NCBI GenBank assembly: GCA_965235115.1
Contig: OZ249436.1
Location: 53,756,001 to 53,820,000 of the forward strand
From: Laetmonice hystrix
Taxonomy: Eukaryota
Direction: 5' to 3'
DNA length: 64,000 nt
The notes under the pieces are model-generated. The model was not told where the DNA came from, searched no databases, and was given only the letters and a program-made list of their open reading frames with translations. The first letter of the stretch is position 1. Each line of letters opens with the position of its first letter. Both the position numbers and the translations under genes were made by a program. Shown piece after piece: positions 11,288 through 23,164 of the stretch.

Positions 11288-14200
11288 CACTTCCTTCCCA
11301 CACACCCTAACCCACCAACGCTCAGCCCCCGTCTTCCCTCTTCCCTGATTTATACCAACTCAAAACAGGTCCAAAACAGGTCAACGTCCCCTTTCCCAAT
11401 CACCAATCCACGCTCTGTAGGCCTACTTGCCCCTTAAATACAGTATGATTGAGCAGCATTTCGTATAATTTAGGAGCACGGCACGCGATGACGGTAGACC
11501 TTTCATGCGGCCTAATTGAACTCCTCCGTCACTATGAATGTACATGCATTGCCCGATAGTCCCTTGACGTCGCTCACGAACGCCCAGTAGTGACATGTGA
11601 GCAGTAGCTTCAAGCTATAGAAAGGGGACAACTCTCCTAGACATACACCCTTCACGTATTCCCAGGAAATCTTTCCTTATCTCCTCGGTCATTATTGAAA
11701 ATATAACCTGACACTCCCGTCACACTCGATTGGCCGTCTAGCAGCTTATTTTATTGAATTAGGGAAAACCACTAGAATGAACTATGTGCGGTTTTCAAGC
11801 AAAATCGATTTTCATTGATCGAACTTCCCGATAGCCAGGTCCAATATATCCGAATAAAAAGAAATAAAAGAACATTTATTTTTTTTATAGCAAACTGTTA
11901 AAGGTCAACTGTTCAGGGATAGACATCTAACTCGCGCAGGAAGCAGTCGCAGGCACACAAAGCCGTCTGTGATTGAGTAAAGTAAATAATGATTGGTTAA
12001 CAGAGAGGCAAGACGGAAACAATCGATTTGAAGAAACGTTATCCTTGGAGCAAGGACACGTTATGGTTTTTCCTACTTAAAACGGTAAACCAAGGCTTAT
12101 CCAGCCACTATTGTCAAAAGTCTTGTTCAACTAATAATTCGGATTTTTGACATCCTATAACCAAAAAAAACGCGGAATATTATGTGGATCGTACGATTAA
12201 GATACATGGTTTGCGTTTGCTGTGGAATTCCAAACAAAGGGCCCCTGATTAGAATACTCGTGTGTTCTGCTTGCGTGTGAGATGGGGGGGGGGGGTCAAA
12301 CGGGTGGTTACTGTGGCCGGAATTAAGCTCTGATTGCGGCGGTAAGTGGTCAACACGAAATAACGCACAATAATGTTAATGGAAGAACTATCGTTAAGAG
12401 CTATCGTTTCGGGCAGGTGTGCGTAATATTATCGTGGAGTTTACGATAAGGCCAGTTCATCAAGTTAGATGGAATAACTATCGTTTCGCGTGGGGACACG
12501 GGTCCAGTGTTATCGAAGTTTACGATTAGGCCAGTTTATCAAGTTTCCTCTCAGCTTCGTGCGATAAGAACCACAACGAGGGACCGTGCATGTGTCACCA
12601 TTGCTCTGTGGAAAAAGAAAAAGGTTCGTCCTCACCCAGCGAACCAATAAATATTGCCCTCCATTTGAAATGCCCCACCCCCATCGCATGCATCCGACCA
12701 CGAATCAAAACCACCCATTGTGTAGCGGGAGATTGGTGCCAATATTGCAGGGCGGCGTGCGTCAATTAAGGCATGGATGTAATCATTTTCGTAAGCCTCA
12801 GGTTTGGAAATTATCTTTCTCCGAGCGACCGTGACAGTTTCGATACAGGATATAATCGTTCTTATCAAGGCATAATCGTGACCGTTATTATATATGTTCA
12901 GATCCGTACCACACAAATATCCACTGTTAGGAATACTGTGGCAGCGACTCTTTCATGGGTGTCACGGACGAACTGTCTAGATGTAGACGAAGAAAGCTGA
13001 GGCAGATCATGGTATTTACGTAAGATGCCTCTGTTTTAACCGGTGGGCAACTTGATAATATAGGTCGTCTATCAAGTTTAATCAAGCAGAAAATCCACGG
13101 GCAACTGGACAGCAGTAAACAAAACCTTATCACTTTAATATATATATCATTGTAATATCATTTATAAACGTCATAGATTATCTTTATGTGAATACAATAT
13201 GTCTTATGCCATACCATATCATTATGATGCAGCTTGTGTAGATTATAATTTTATTATTCACGGCAACGTGTCCTATTTCTGTCGAATGATACATTGCGTT
13301 TCCTTAGGAACCCTTGGTTGACTGTTAGAAGCATGCCCCAATCAATCTGCCAGCAGACGTTTACATACAGGGAAGGCAGCGCTTCATCTGATTGTCTCGG
13401 CAACTGTTTGTTAAGCTGCTGTCAGGATGCAGCTGTCTCGATTTCGGTCGCCAATAACAACATATTACAACCGACGCTTGGAAATGTCAGGCGCGGTTTG
13501 GGCCGTTTATCCCTTTCGGCCTGCTAAAGTCGTTTTGCAAACGTTGTGACCTTCACATCCAACATGTTTTTAGTCTCTACTGCTAAATGATTCCCTTCTC
13601 CCTTGTGCCATGTGAAAATGTATATCTTCAAAGCTGGTAATTTTCATCCCAAAGGAAAGGTTCTTTTCAAAGGAGTTGTCATTACACACGCGTTTAACAA
13701 GAATCCCACCTGAAAAGAAACTCTGCAATGTTCAGTTTCTTTTCTCTATAACACTGCATGTTTTTGTATGGTTTCACTTTTTATCTGTTTGTGACACGTG
13801 TTTCGGTGCTCAAGTCCGGATGGAGGACATAAATGTTCAGACCCACGTCCTGAGCCCCTTGTATGTCATGATGTCAAACCATCGCCGTTGATTCTTAAAG
13901 TTTTGTTCAAATCGTTAAAAATGGTTGGGATCGTTCAAATTGTTCAAAAACTGAAAAAGGCGGGGACGGCAAACTGGCAGGAAACGTTTTGGGGTAAAAC
14001 AAGCATAACTCATTACATCAATTCACTAAGCTTCGCTTCTGTTGAGTGATTCTCATAAACGAACGTAAAAGAGATATGGTCAAAGGCCATTTACACATCC
14101 AAGTTAAATAATTATTACGAACCATTAATAATTACAGCCATTATAAATCGTTATCAGGATGAATAAGGCAAAATGCAGCTCTTGATCTAAAAGGTTGATA

Positions 14201-14339
14201 GAAAGCAATGTTATTACGATACACTTGTCTTTCAAAAGTTAAAGTACAGTGTCTTCATCGGGTGCTCCATTCGCCTGCCGAAGATAAACTTATTATTTTT
14301 TTTTAATTTTTATATTTCAATTATCTTGGTACATTAATA

Positions 14340-14831
14340 GTAGATTCGCCCTCCGGTCCGAGTGATGTAGAGTTGAATTGAACGAATGAAACTGTAGGAA
14401 AGAAGTCAGTGAACCCGAGATTCGTATTGTATTTGTCCCTGGAAAATTCCGTCATTTTTTACAATTCTGTCAGAGCAGAGATTAAGAGTTTGGAAAAATC
14501 CGTATTTGGAAACGAAATCATTGCTCTTAATGGTGATTTTGAGATTCAGTAAAATTTTAAACAAACGTCAGAATATTATATTCATTTTAATCGGTAACAT
14601 ATTAACTTGCTGATAAAATATTTTTTAACAAAAAAGAAACTTATGAATTCTACTGAGCACTGAAACGCTGGAAGTCATTTATAAGCTGGACGTTCATCAA
14701 AAATTGCCACCAATATGATCTTGTCTCAAAGACCCTGACACACACAGCTCGGTAGATTCGCCCTCCGGTGCGAGTGATGTCTAATTGAATTGAACGAAAG
14801 AAGCTGTAGGAAAGAAGTCAATGAACCCGAG
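14340..14831. repeat. Local ~80-bp direct duplication (14340-14420 and 14752-14831)
   Basis: GTAGATTCGCCCTCCGGT...GTAGGAAAGAAGTCA(G/A)TGAACCCGAGA occurs twice with several mismatches. Confidence 0.75.
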
Positions 14832-14892
14832 AGGAGCAGAAACTAAAATAGTTTTACTATTGTAGAGGAAAGGGCCACTCAGGCGTCTTAAG

Positions 14893-15203
14893 AAATCCGA
14901 GCTCGGCGCCAAAGAGCCGGGATCATTTATGGAGGAGAAACGAGGAGTTTGCGTAGGTATGAGATTAGTATAGGTACTCTCACATAATATGTATCTAGGA
15001 CCCATGTCGTGTGCTCAGTATGTATTGTCAAGGAAATGTAAACAATAGCTGTACTCCCGTTAACCACCATCTTGGTTCTCACCTCTCGCGCGCTCGGTCG
15101 GAAGTGACGAAGGCGACTTGGGAGACGATTCGGAGGGTATAAATACAACCGAGCAGACAGAGTCGAGTTCTCTACCTTTGGAAGCATCGTGGCAATCAGA
15201 CGG
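14893..15203 (+). repeat. Split direct repeat A1
   Basis: Identical by eye to 19652-19962. Confidence 0.95.
15134..15146 (+). promoter_or_regulatory. Putative TATA box in repeat A1 (GGGTATAAATA)
   Basis: Canonical TATAAA about 60 bp before the end of A, where an SDR element's transcript is expected to start; also present in A2. Confidence 0.5.
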
Positions 15204-16555
15204 TTTTGTTCCCCACACATCGGGTGAGTTCGTTCTATGGTTGGGACTTCGTTTCAAGTGTACAGTGGAACGTGGTTTGTCGACTGTTTCGTATATTTGC
15301 CTTGTGTTTATGACACCTGTGCAGGTGTTATGTCTAAAACAGATTCAGTTATTCGTCTTTCGAGGCTGTATTTTAGTCCGGTACCCAGTATTTATGCGTG
15401 TCTGAAATACTCTGACTGAGTGTTGCGGAGCACGCGGTCACTGTCCACGGGGCCGACCTGGCCTTTGTTGTTCGGGCTTGGACAGACTACTTGAGGCTCC
15501 TGGTAAACAGTTTGTGTTACTACGTTGAAGTTATTTCACTTTGCCACGCATTGCAGGCGACTGACAACGTCAGCGGTCCTATGTTGTGTAATTTTGTGTA
15601 CGTATTTGTTCCAGAATGGTAGTGGGGTTACGATAATTTCAGTTTTGTATTTACCGTGGGTACTCCGAGTTGAGTCGGGTAATAATAGCGTGGTACCAGG
15701 AATGGGCTTATACAACGGTAGTTTGGAAGCGTATACTTGCGGGTCGTTCCTTTTCATGTGCGTTTCCTGACCTAGGTGTGACTACTGCTCCCCCTTTGAA
15801 TTATGTTGGGGTCACTTTTTGTGGTATTGGTGGGCGATAGCTGCGGCTGGTTGCGGCATACCCGTATGCGCATCCGAATTTTGGTTTGTCCTCCCACGTG
15901 GTGTATCATGGTGGGGGGTAGGCTCGGGGAAATGTGAGGTACATGGAGTTGATGTTTTTCGCTAGTCCTCACTGTGTGGGGTTGTGTAGAAATATTTTTG
16001 TGTCCTCCGGTGGTTGTAGAGGAACGATTAGTGGACTTGACCAGTGAACTGCTGTAACTTGATACGCCGGGTGTTCATCAATTTATCTATTCCTGTCTTA
16101 TATGGGTGTTTACTGCTGCCTCTAATTCTAACAGTTGAGACCAAGTTTGCCATGCGACAGGTGTTTGGTATGCTTCCCTATAGATTTTGTTAAATAAACG
16201 GTGTTTATCGCTTGGCGGAAATGTTTTTGCCGTTTGGAATGTTGGTGGGATGTGGATATGCTGCGCGTGTATTCGAGCGGTATGTGGTGAGCTGTTATTT
16301 GGCAGAGGTATTAGTTACGGTGGGCAGTTTAATATGTCCCAGAGGTATTGGCGTCACCTTTAACCTGATACACTTTGTCTTTGGAGATGGTCGATAAACG
16401 TAACGAGTTGAGGGACACTAGGCCTATATTAGTATCGTTGATCATTTTCTTTTTGTTTCTAGCCAACGAGTAGCTATCCATGTTATATCTAGATAAGGCA
16501 GGTGTCTCTCACTATTCAGTGTGGTTACTTTAGCTACAGTTGCATGGTAAGCGGC

Positions 16556-17165
16556 GTGGTTGTTACCTGGTTGGGGTCGTGTTCCGTGGGGTCCGTCCTC
16601 CCTTGATATGATTACTTTGGGGTTGACGCTGTGTGGTCCCTTCGGTTCCGCCTTCCCTTGTTGTTGTTACCTGGTTGGGGGTGGGGCCGTGTTCCGTTGG
16701 GTTCCGTCCTCCTTTGATAGGGTTACCTTGGGGTTGACGGTGTGTGGTCCCTTCGGTTCCGTCATCCCCGTTATATTACAAGTTGTTTACGGCAGATGTG
16801 GCGCATTGTACTTCTAGTCCCCTTTATGGGTGATCGATGGGTACCCGTGTATATATATGGATGGGAGAGGGTGTTACCTCCGCTCTGCCTTTGCTAGGGT
16901 TTAGGGATGATCCTCTATTTTCTTGTTCCAGGGGTTCCGTCCTCCCTTGATACGATTCCTTGGGGTTGACGGTGTGTTCCCTTCGGTTCCGCCATCTCCG
17001 TTGTATTAAAAGTTGTTTACGGCAGATGTGCCTGGTTTCCGCAGGCTGCCACATCCTTTGATGCATTGTACTTCTAGTCCCCATTATGGTGATCGATGGG
17101 TACCCGTGTATGTGGATGTGAGGGAGTGTCTCCTCCGCTCTGCCTTTGTTGGGGATTGGAGCTTA
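16556..17165. repeat. Internal G/T-rich tandem duplications within the SDR element
   Basis: CCGTCCTCCCTTGAT...TTGGGGTTGACG...CCCTTCGGTTCCG occurs 3 times; CATTGTACTTCTAGTCCCC...GGGTACCCGTGTAT occurs twice. Confidence 0.8.
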
Positions 17166-17282
17166 ACCTTTAATTTCTTGTTTTAAAGTTGTTAAGAAGT
17201 CATTTTAGGTCAGTAGGGGGTTTTAGTCAATCAGGTCACTTCTCCTGTATTTTACTGTGTACGCGTTTTATATCTACCTCGC

Positions 17283-17878
17283 CGTCAATTTTCAATGTAC
17301 CATCATGTTAATTTGGTAATATTAGGTATCTAGATAAAATTTTAACATCAGTCAGGGTTGTCACCTTAGCTAACTGTTGCCTATTGTTGTTTTTACTGTG
17401 TGTTGAGGGCTATAATGTAGGATATATTATATATTTATAGTAATTTTGTCTAACTATATAATTTAAATGTTAACGTTGTAAATTATCTGAACGTCAATTT
17501 TCAATGTACCATTTTGCTAATTTGGTAATATTAGGTATCTTCGATAAAAACGTCAGTCAGGGTTGTCACCTTATTAGCTAATTGTTGCCTATTGTAGTTT
17601 TTACTGTGTTGAGGGCTATAATGTAGGATATATTATATATTTATCGTAATTTCGTCTAACTATATAATTTAAATGTTAACTTTGTAAATTGACGTTACAA
17701 TGTACCATTTTGCTAATTTGGTAATATTAGGTATCTTCGATAAAATTGTTAATGTCAGTTAGGGTAGTCACTTTAGCTAATTGTTGCCTATTGTAGTTTT
17801 TACTGTGAGGGCTATAATGTAGGATATATTATATATTTATCGTAATTTCGTCTAACTATATAATTAAATGTTAACTAT
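17283..17878. repeat. ~200-bp AT-rich tandem repeat, 3 copies, within the SDR element
   Basis: CAATGTACCAT...AATTTGGTAATATTAGGTATCT...GAGGGCTATAATGTAGGATATATTATATATTTAT...TCTAACTATATAATT occurs three times. Confidence 0.9.
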
Positions 17879-18539
17879 AAGGTAATATGTAATATTGTAT
17901 TATTGAGTGACTAATTGATTTGTCATAATGTATGAGCGGAATTTATGCAATTTATGACATTGCGTTGATTGTATTTGTCATAGGGCAGTAACTGTTACTC
18001 ACTCGGCCAGATGTTTCCTCGGTCTTTTGTTTTCCATTTTTAGGTGGACGACAGGCTGAGCATATGGCTTTGGTGCATAGGACGTGGGACGTATATGCTA
18101 TATTTACACATACATGTACTGATATGAGCAGATGGAAGGCTGAGTATGTGTTTTTGGTGGACGTTGGAGGTTTACTGATGTGGGTAAGGTCAATTCCCCG
18201 TGTTTTGAACCTGTGATGTTATTCGAAGGGCTGGGTATTGATTTATATTATTCAAGGTTCGGTATGGTTCAGAGGTTGTTCTGGTTTAGAGGTTCCTTTA
18301 GCTACCATTTCTATACATATATGTCATGCCTGTTTCTTGTAGGTTATACTTGCCGCGTGGGCTTAACGTGGTTGGGTTGGGTCGGATATCAAAGCCTTTA
18401 ACTCGTTCGTTTGATGCTGTGGTTATTTTGTGTATATCTATACGGAGATCAGTTATCTTTTTTAAGTTTTGGGAAACCTCTCGGCCCCAAGAGATCCGAT
18501 GTTGGATGTAGGCTATGTTGGACTCCCAAGCGTGAAGCG

Positions 18540-19330
18540 ATTCCACGGTTTTTGACTACGACTTTCATGGTTCCTGCTACGTTTGCGCGTCCTTCACCTC
18601 CAGTATTTGTTATTCCAGTAGTCTCCCCCTTTTTACGTTACCTTATGCTTACGTTACGGTCCGTGTTTCATTAAGTGTCGGGCTCTGTGCCGACTGGTGG
18701 GTACTGGTTTGGTACCGTACAAGGTGGTGGGCAAGCGCTCGGGAGCGGCTATAGATAGACGAGGCTTTGAAGGAGGTGGATGAAGTAAGCTTTAATTGGA
18801 ATAGGTTCCGTCTGACCTCCACCCTTAGATGTTACCCAGGAAGTTTGGATGTGTTGTCCGGGGCAGTGACGAGGAAGCTTGGATTTGTCGCCCGAGTCAG
18901 TGACGAGGAAGTTTGGATTGTTGCCCGGTTTGGTTATTGTTTATTATTAAATATTTATAGTATGGTCCCAGGTGGTAGAATGGGATACCGTCACATTTTC
19001 CACCAGTTCTTTCTCGGTCTATTAAAATTTTCCCAGGATAAGTAAAGTATGGTGTGTCATTTAAGGGGTATGCTTCCTGTTTGGTTCAAGTAGCTGGGCG
19101 TTATAACTTGTTAACCTGACGTTATGCGATAGGATTCAAAGCCTTGATATGCTTGTTGCAGGTACACCAGATGTCCCTAATCGGACGGGATGATGATTGG
19201 CTCCGTGGAAATAGTTTGTTCTGTTATGGACCAGGAGATGATCGGGGCCTCATCTTTCAAGTTGTGTCTGACGGTAATGCTCAGATTTGGCTCCTGGTGC
19301 GGTGTCAGTGGATCGCGTTAGGAGTCTTTT
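18540..19330 (+). pseudogene. Probable highly decayed tyrosine recombinase ORF of the SDR element
   Basis: Colinear degenerate motifs: RLTST (~RLPIT), FFLGLLKFSQ (~FFGxLRxSE), SLIGRDDDWLRGNSLF (~LxxxGLDxxxYSGHSFR), AQIWLLVRCQWIA (~AQIxxLGRWxSxA). They end just before B1, where YR lies in Ngaro. By-eye alignment only. Confidence 0.45.
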
Positions 19331-19378
19331 CTCCTGCCTTCTTTGGTGGCTCCAGCTTCATCTTCGATTCCGCTTAGT

Positions 19379-19655
19379 GGCATTGTCTCCACCTAATAAG
19401 GCATACTATACCTATATCCGTGTATTTTGGACTATGTATTTCTATATAATGTATTATCAGTTATGGTATTATGACTATGGTATTGTTATGTTATGTTACA
19501 TATATCAGTTACACGTTATATGGATTTATCATTTACCATATTATAATGATGTTGAGTCCCCCATTGCATGGGGTGATCGACGGGTTACTACATGTTTATG
19601 AATAAAATGTAACCTACAGCAAGCATTCCCGTTCTCCGAGTTTGACTGCATAAAT
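19379..19655 (+). repeat. Split direct repeat B1
   Basis: Identical by eye to 20146-20422; contains AATAAA at 19601-19606. Confidence 0.95.
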
Positions 19656-19962
19656 CCGAGCTCGGCGCCAAAGAGCCGGGATCATTTATGGAGGAGAAAC
19701 GAGGAGTTTGCGTAGGTATGAGATTAGTATAGGTACTCTCACATAATATGTATCTAGGACCCATGTCGTGTGCTCAGTATGTATTGTCAAGGAAATGTAA
19801 ACAATAGCTGTACTCCCGTTAACCACCATCTTGGTTCTCACCTCTCGCGCGCTCGGTCGGAAGTGACGAAGGCGACTTGGGAGACGATTCGGAGGGTATA
19901 AATACAACCGAGCAGACAGAGTCGAGTTCTCTACCTTTGGAAGCATCGTGGCAATCAGACGG
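19652..19962 (+). repeat. Split direct repeat A2
   Basis: Copy of A1, overlapping B1 by AAAT. Confidence 0.95.
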
Positions 19963-20145
19963 CCCACCTCCGCCCCGACTCCTCCATGTTTCATGTCGAC
20001 TTGGGGGAATATTCTGTCTCAACGCCTTTGTCTAGGTTCACTTATGTTTTTATGTAGGCCTGCTGGGTTTGGCTCGGGGTCAGCATGGCTGCTCGAGTTC
20101 TTTTCTCAGTTTGGTTGGATGGGTGTGTATTTGGGTTCCTGGATG

Positions 20146-20422
20146 GGCATTGTCTCCACCTAATAAGGCATACTATACCTATATCCGTGTATTTTGGACT
20201 ATGTATTTCTATATAATGTATTATCAGTTATGGTATTATGACTATGGTATTGTTATGTTATGTTACATATATCAGTTACACGTTATATGGATTTATCATT
20301 TACCATATTATAATGATGTTGAGTCCCCCATTGCATGGGGTGATCGACGGGTTACTACATGTTTATGAATAAAATGTAACCTACAGCAAGCATTCCCGTT
20401 CTCCGAGTTTGACTGCATAAAT
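20146..20422 (+). repeat. Split direct repeat B2 (3' end of the element)
   Basis: Copy of B1; ends GACTGCATAAAT. Confidence 0.95.
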
Positions 20423-20544
20423 ATTTGTATTTAAAGTCAAGAATATTGTATTGACAAGAAAGGAGAACCCCAAGATCAAATTTCATACTATTTGTACGTG
20501 TATAAGCCCCAATGTATAGTTACGAAGGAAGGCATCATCAGCAT

Positions 20545-20617
20545 CTCTCTCGCTGCCTCTCTCTCTCTCTCTCTCTCTGTCTCTCTGTCTGTTTCTCTGT
20601 GTCTCTGTCTTTCTCTC
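20545..20617. repeat. CT-rich microsatellite
   Basis: Seen directly. Confidence 0.85.
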
Positions 20618-20691
20618 AGGTTCGAATCCTCCCTCAGCCTAGTGTCCCTGCTGGCTTGGTTATCAAAGCCTCACATGTACCACTGCACGTT

Positions 20692-21055
20692 CACCATCGT
20701 CATCCCGCATCATCGCCATCACCATCGCCATCATATCATCGCTATCACCATCGTCATCCCACATCATCGCTATCACCATCGTCATCCCACATCATCGTCA
20801 TCCCACATCATCGCCATCACCATCGTCATCCAACATCATCGTCATCCCGCATCATCGCCATCACCATCGCCATCATATCATCGCTATCACCATCGTCATC
20901 CCACATCATCGCTATCACCATCGTCATCCCACATCATCGTCATCCCACATCATCGCCATCACCATCGTCATCCCACATCATCGTCATCCCGCATCATCGC
21001 CATCACCATCGTCATCCCGCATCATCGCCATTATCCCATGTCTTCATCATCCCCC
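20692..21055. repeat. (CAT/CGT/CAC)-based minisatellite (CATCATCGCCATCACCATCGTCATCCC)
   Basis: Seen directly; source of the His/Ser/Ile-rich ORFs. Confidence 0.9.
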
Positions 21056-22707
21056 ATAACGGGCTGAATAAATGAAGTATTGTTGTTCTCGTCCCGAATC
21101 TACAGCCACGAGTTGCCAATGTAAAACCGCCAATTCAGTCCCTAACTAACATGAACGTACATGTTTTACATACGAAGGCGATGGTTCTTTATTTCGTATC
21201 TCTCGTTCAGTGGTCGTACATCTCGCTCCGGAGAAGGGCTGTCTTAAAGCTACAGACCAAGTTCAAAATATCAATATAAAGGTGTTCAGGATGAACAAGC
21301 TTGTTCTTACCTACAATCCTGTGATTATCTGATCTTTAATAAAGGAATAATTAACTGAAATGTAGCTAGACATTCTCCGGCTGGCTTCGTCTGCTTGTCT
21401 GCCCTACTTGTCCACGAATTGTTATGTGGCCGCCAGGCGGAACGAACCACGCAGATTCCCAGCCAGAGTGCCGCTATTCACGTCCCGCTGCGATTCCACT
21501 TTTACCAAAAACCTGCCATGACGTCACCGCTAAACCAATTCAAAGCAAGATAGCGACAGATTCGTCGACGATTTCAGAGAGGGTTGCAAGCGATAGCGGC
21601 ACACAAACTCTGTATTTGTTAACATACCCCAATAAGAGTGTGAAGAGAGAGAGAGAAAAGGTATCTGCTGTCACTGGTAAGAGTACAGAGTCAGTAGTGT
21701 AAATGAGTCAGTCGTAGTGAGTGAGTGTCCGATGAAGCCAGTGAAGGATTGCCACAGGGTAAGGCGTGGCGCTGGATCTGTTGATAACAATCTAACAGAA
21801 ACAGGGTCTAGGGGGATGTTTCACCAACAGCGACGGACTAGATCGCCGAGATCGGAGACGGAGGTAATTTTCCACCTTTTGTTCGTGTTTTAGCACGGCA
21901 GGTTTGGCCATCAATAATAACGTCATAAACGAGCGGGGACAGCAGACACAGCCAGTGAAGCCGCTCACACCAACAAACCTTAACAAGTTTCGATTTACAA
22001 TAACTTAAAAAGCCTCCTCTTTTGACACCTCGCGCGGGCCAGCTGGACAAACAGTTTGACAATCAGACGTGGACATGGGACGAGCGCGTGTTATTCACGC
22101 GCTGACAGGGTTGACAGTCAGCAGCGAGCAGTTCGTTTACCTCAACACCTCTGCGTACTGGCCTTGTGTCAGCTCGGCTTGTTTTCCTGTCGGCCGCCAG
22201 GCAGCGTGAACATGTTTCTGCAATAAACGCGCCTTTCACCATCCTACCCAAAACAAAAAACAAAAAAGTAAACCCTAACAACCTAGGCATAGATCCACGT
22301 ATTATTTCAACCATATTTCTTTTTTCACGGAATGTCTCAACTCAGTAAGCCTATCACAATTACGTGATTGACATCTCTATCATCTGAGAGGCGACAGAAA
22401 CTCAAAAGGGAATTCTCTGTTTTTAATGGATTGACATTCTAGAAATGGCGTCATTTAGGAAAGGGTCAACTATGAAGAATACTGCTTCCCTGACGTGTAC
22501 AGCTTGGTGTCCAGATTAGGCGAGTGAAGGGGCGGGGGGGGGGGGCGGTGCCCTGTCAGCAGTATTTCAGTCATATCAAAGGCGAGTATAAAACTTTCAA
22601 ACTTGTTCGGACAAGGGACTTTGTATCAAGGGACCCAATATGGCCACCAACCGGTTAGTGTCCAGCCTCGGATAACAGTTGTAAAATCCCTCCCGATCTG
22701 ACGGTTT

Positions 22708-22885
22708 AGCCCCCGTCACACTTTCCCGGATCAAGCGACGGTTTGAAGAGGTGATCCGTAGCGCACGGCGATCCGGCAGCTTCCGTGACCTGGAAAGGCG
22801 ATGATGCATGAAACTCCGTATCCAGAACGAGTTGATACGGGTTGACACGGCTCCAGTTTGGGTTGCTATACGACATTGTTACGAC
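22708..22885 (+). mobile_element. Truncated left end of the AGCCCCCGTCACAC Harbinger-type MITE family
   Basis: Matches the first ~170 bp of 44062-44961. Confidence 0.8.
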
Positions 22886-23164
22886 TGTGACGTCATCACT
22901 TCTTATCTTGTGCATTCTCACGTTCACACCCCACGCCGAACAGATTTCCCAACAGGTGCTTGTAATGTAAACTAGAAATTGTTCAGTCCGAACAGGACGT
23001 CTCCCCTTTTTTAAAGTAATTGCATCATATAATTTTTGAGAGAGGACTAATTAGTATGAAAGTAGTGTGTTGCAAAAGCAATGATATAGCTATGGCAGAT
23101 TTTCTATGCGAAAGAAAAGATTAACTAGTTGCGAGGTGCCCAGGGCACAGGTATCCCATTCACC

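Larger units (their letters stand above)
14893..20422 (+). mobile_element. Non-autonomous tyrosine-recombinase retroelement with split direct repeats (Ngaro/PAT/TOC1-type): A1-internal-B1-A2-spacer-B2
   Basis: A1 14893-15203 = A2 19652-19962 (311 bp). B1 19379-19655 = B2 20146-20422 (277 bp). The same AAAT lies at both ends and at the B1/A2 overlap. TATA box in A, AATAAA in B, and YR-like residues just before B1. Confidence 0.85.

Noticed and set aside
14893..19962. Conventional LTR retrotransposon using A1/A2 as LTRs
   Set aside because: There are no TG...CA ends and no clear PBS or PPT, and the second repeat pair B1/B2 straddling A2 is unexplained by an LTR model.
20492..21075. His/Ser-rich ORFs
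   Set aside because: They derive from CT and CAT simple repeats.
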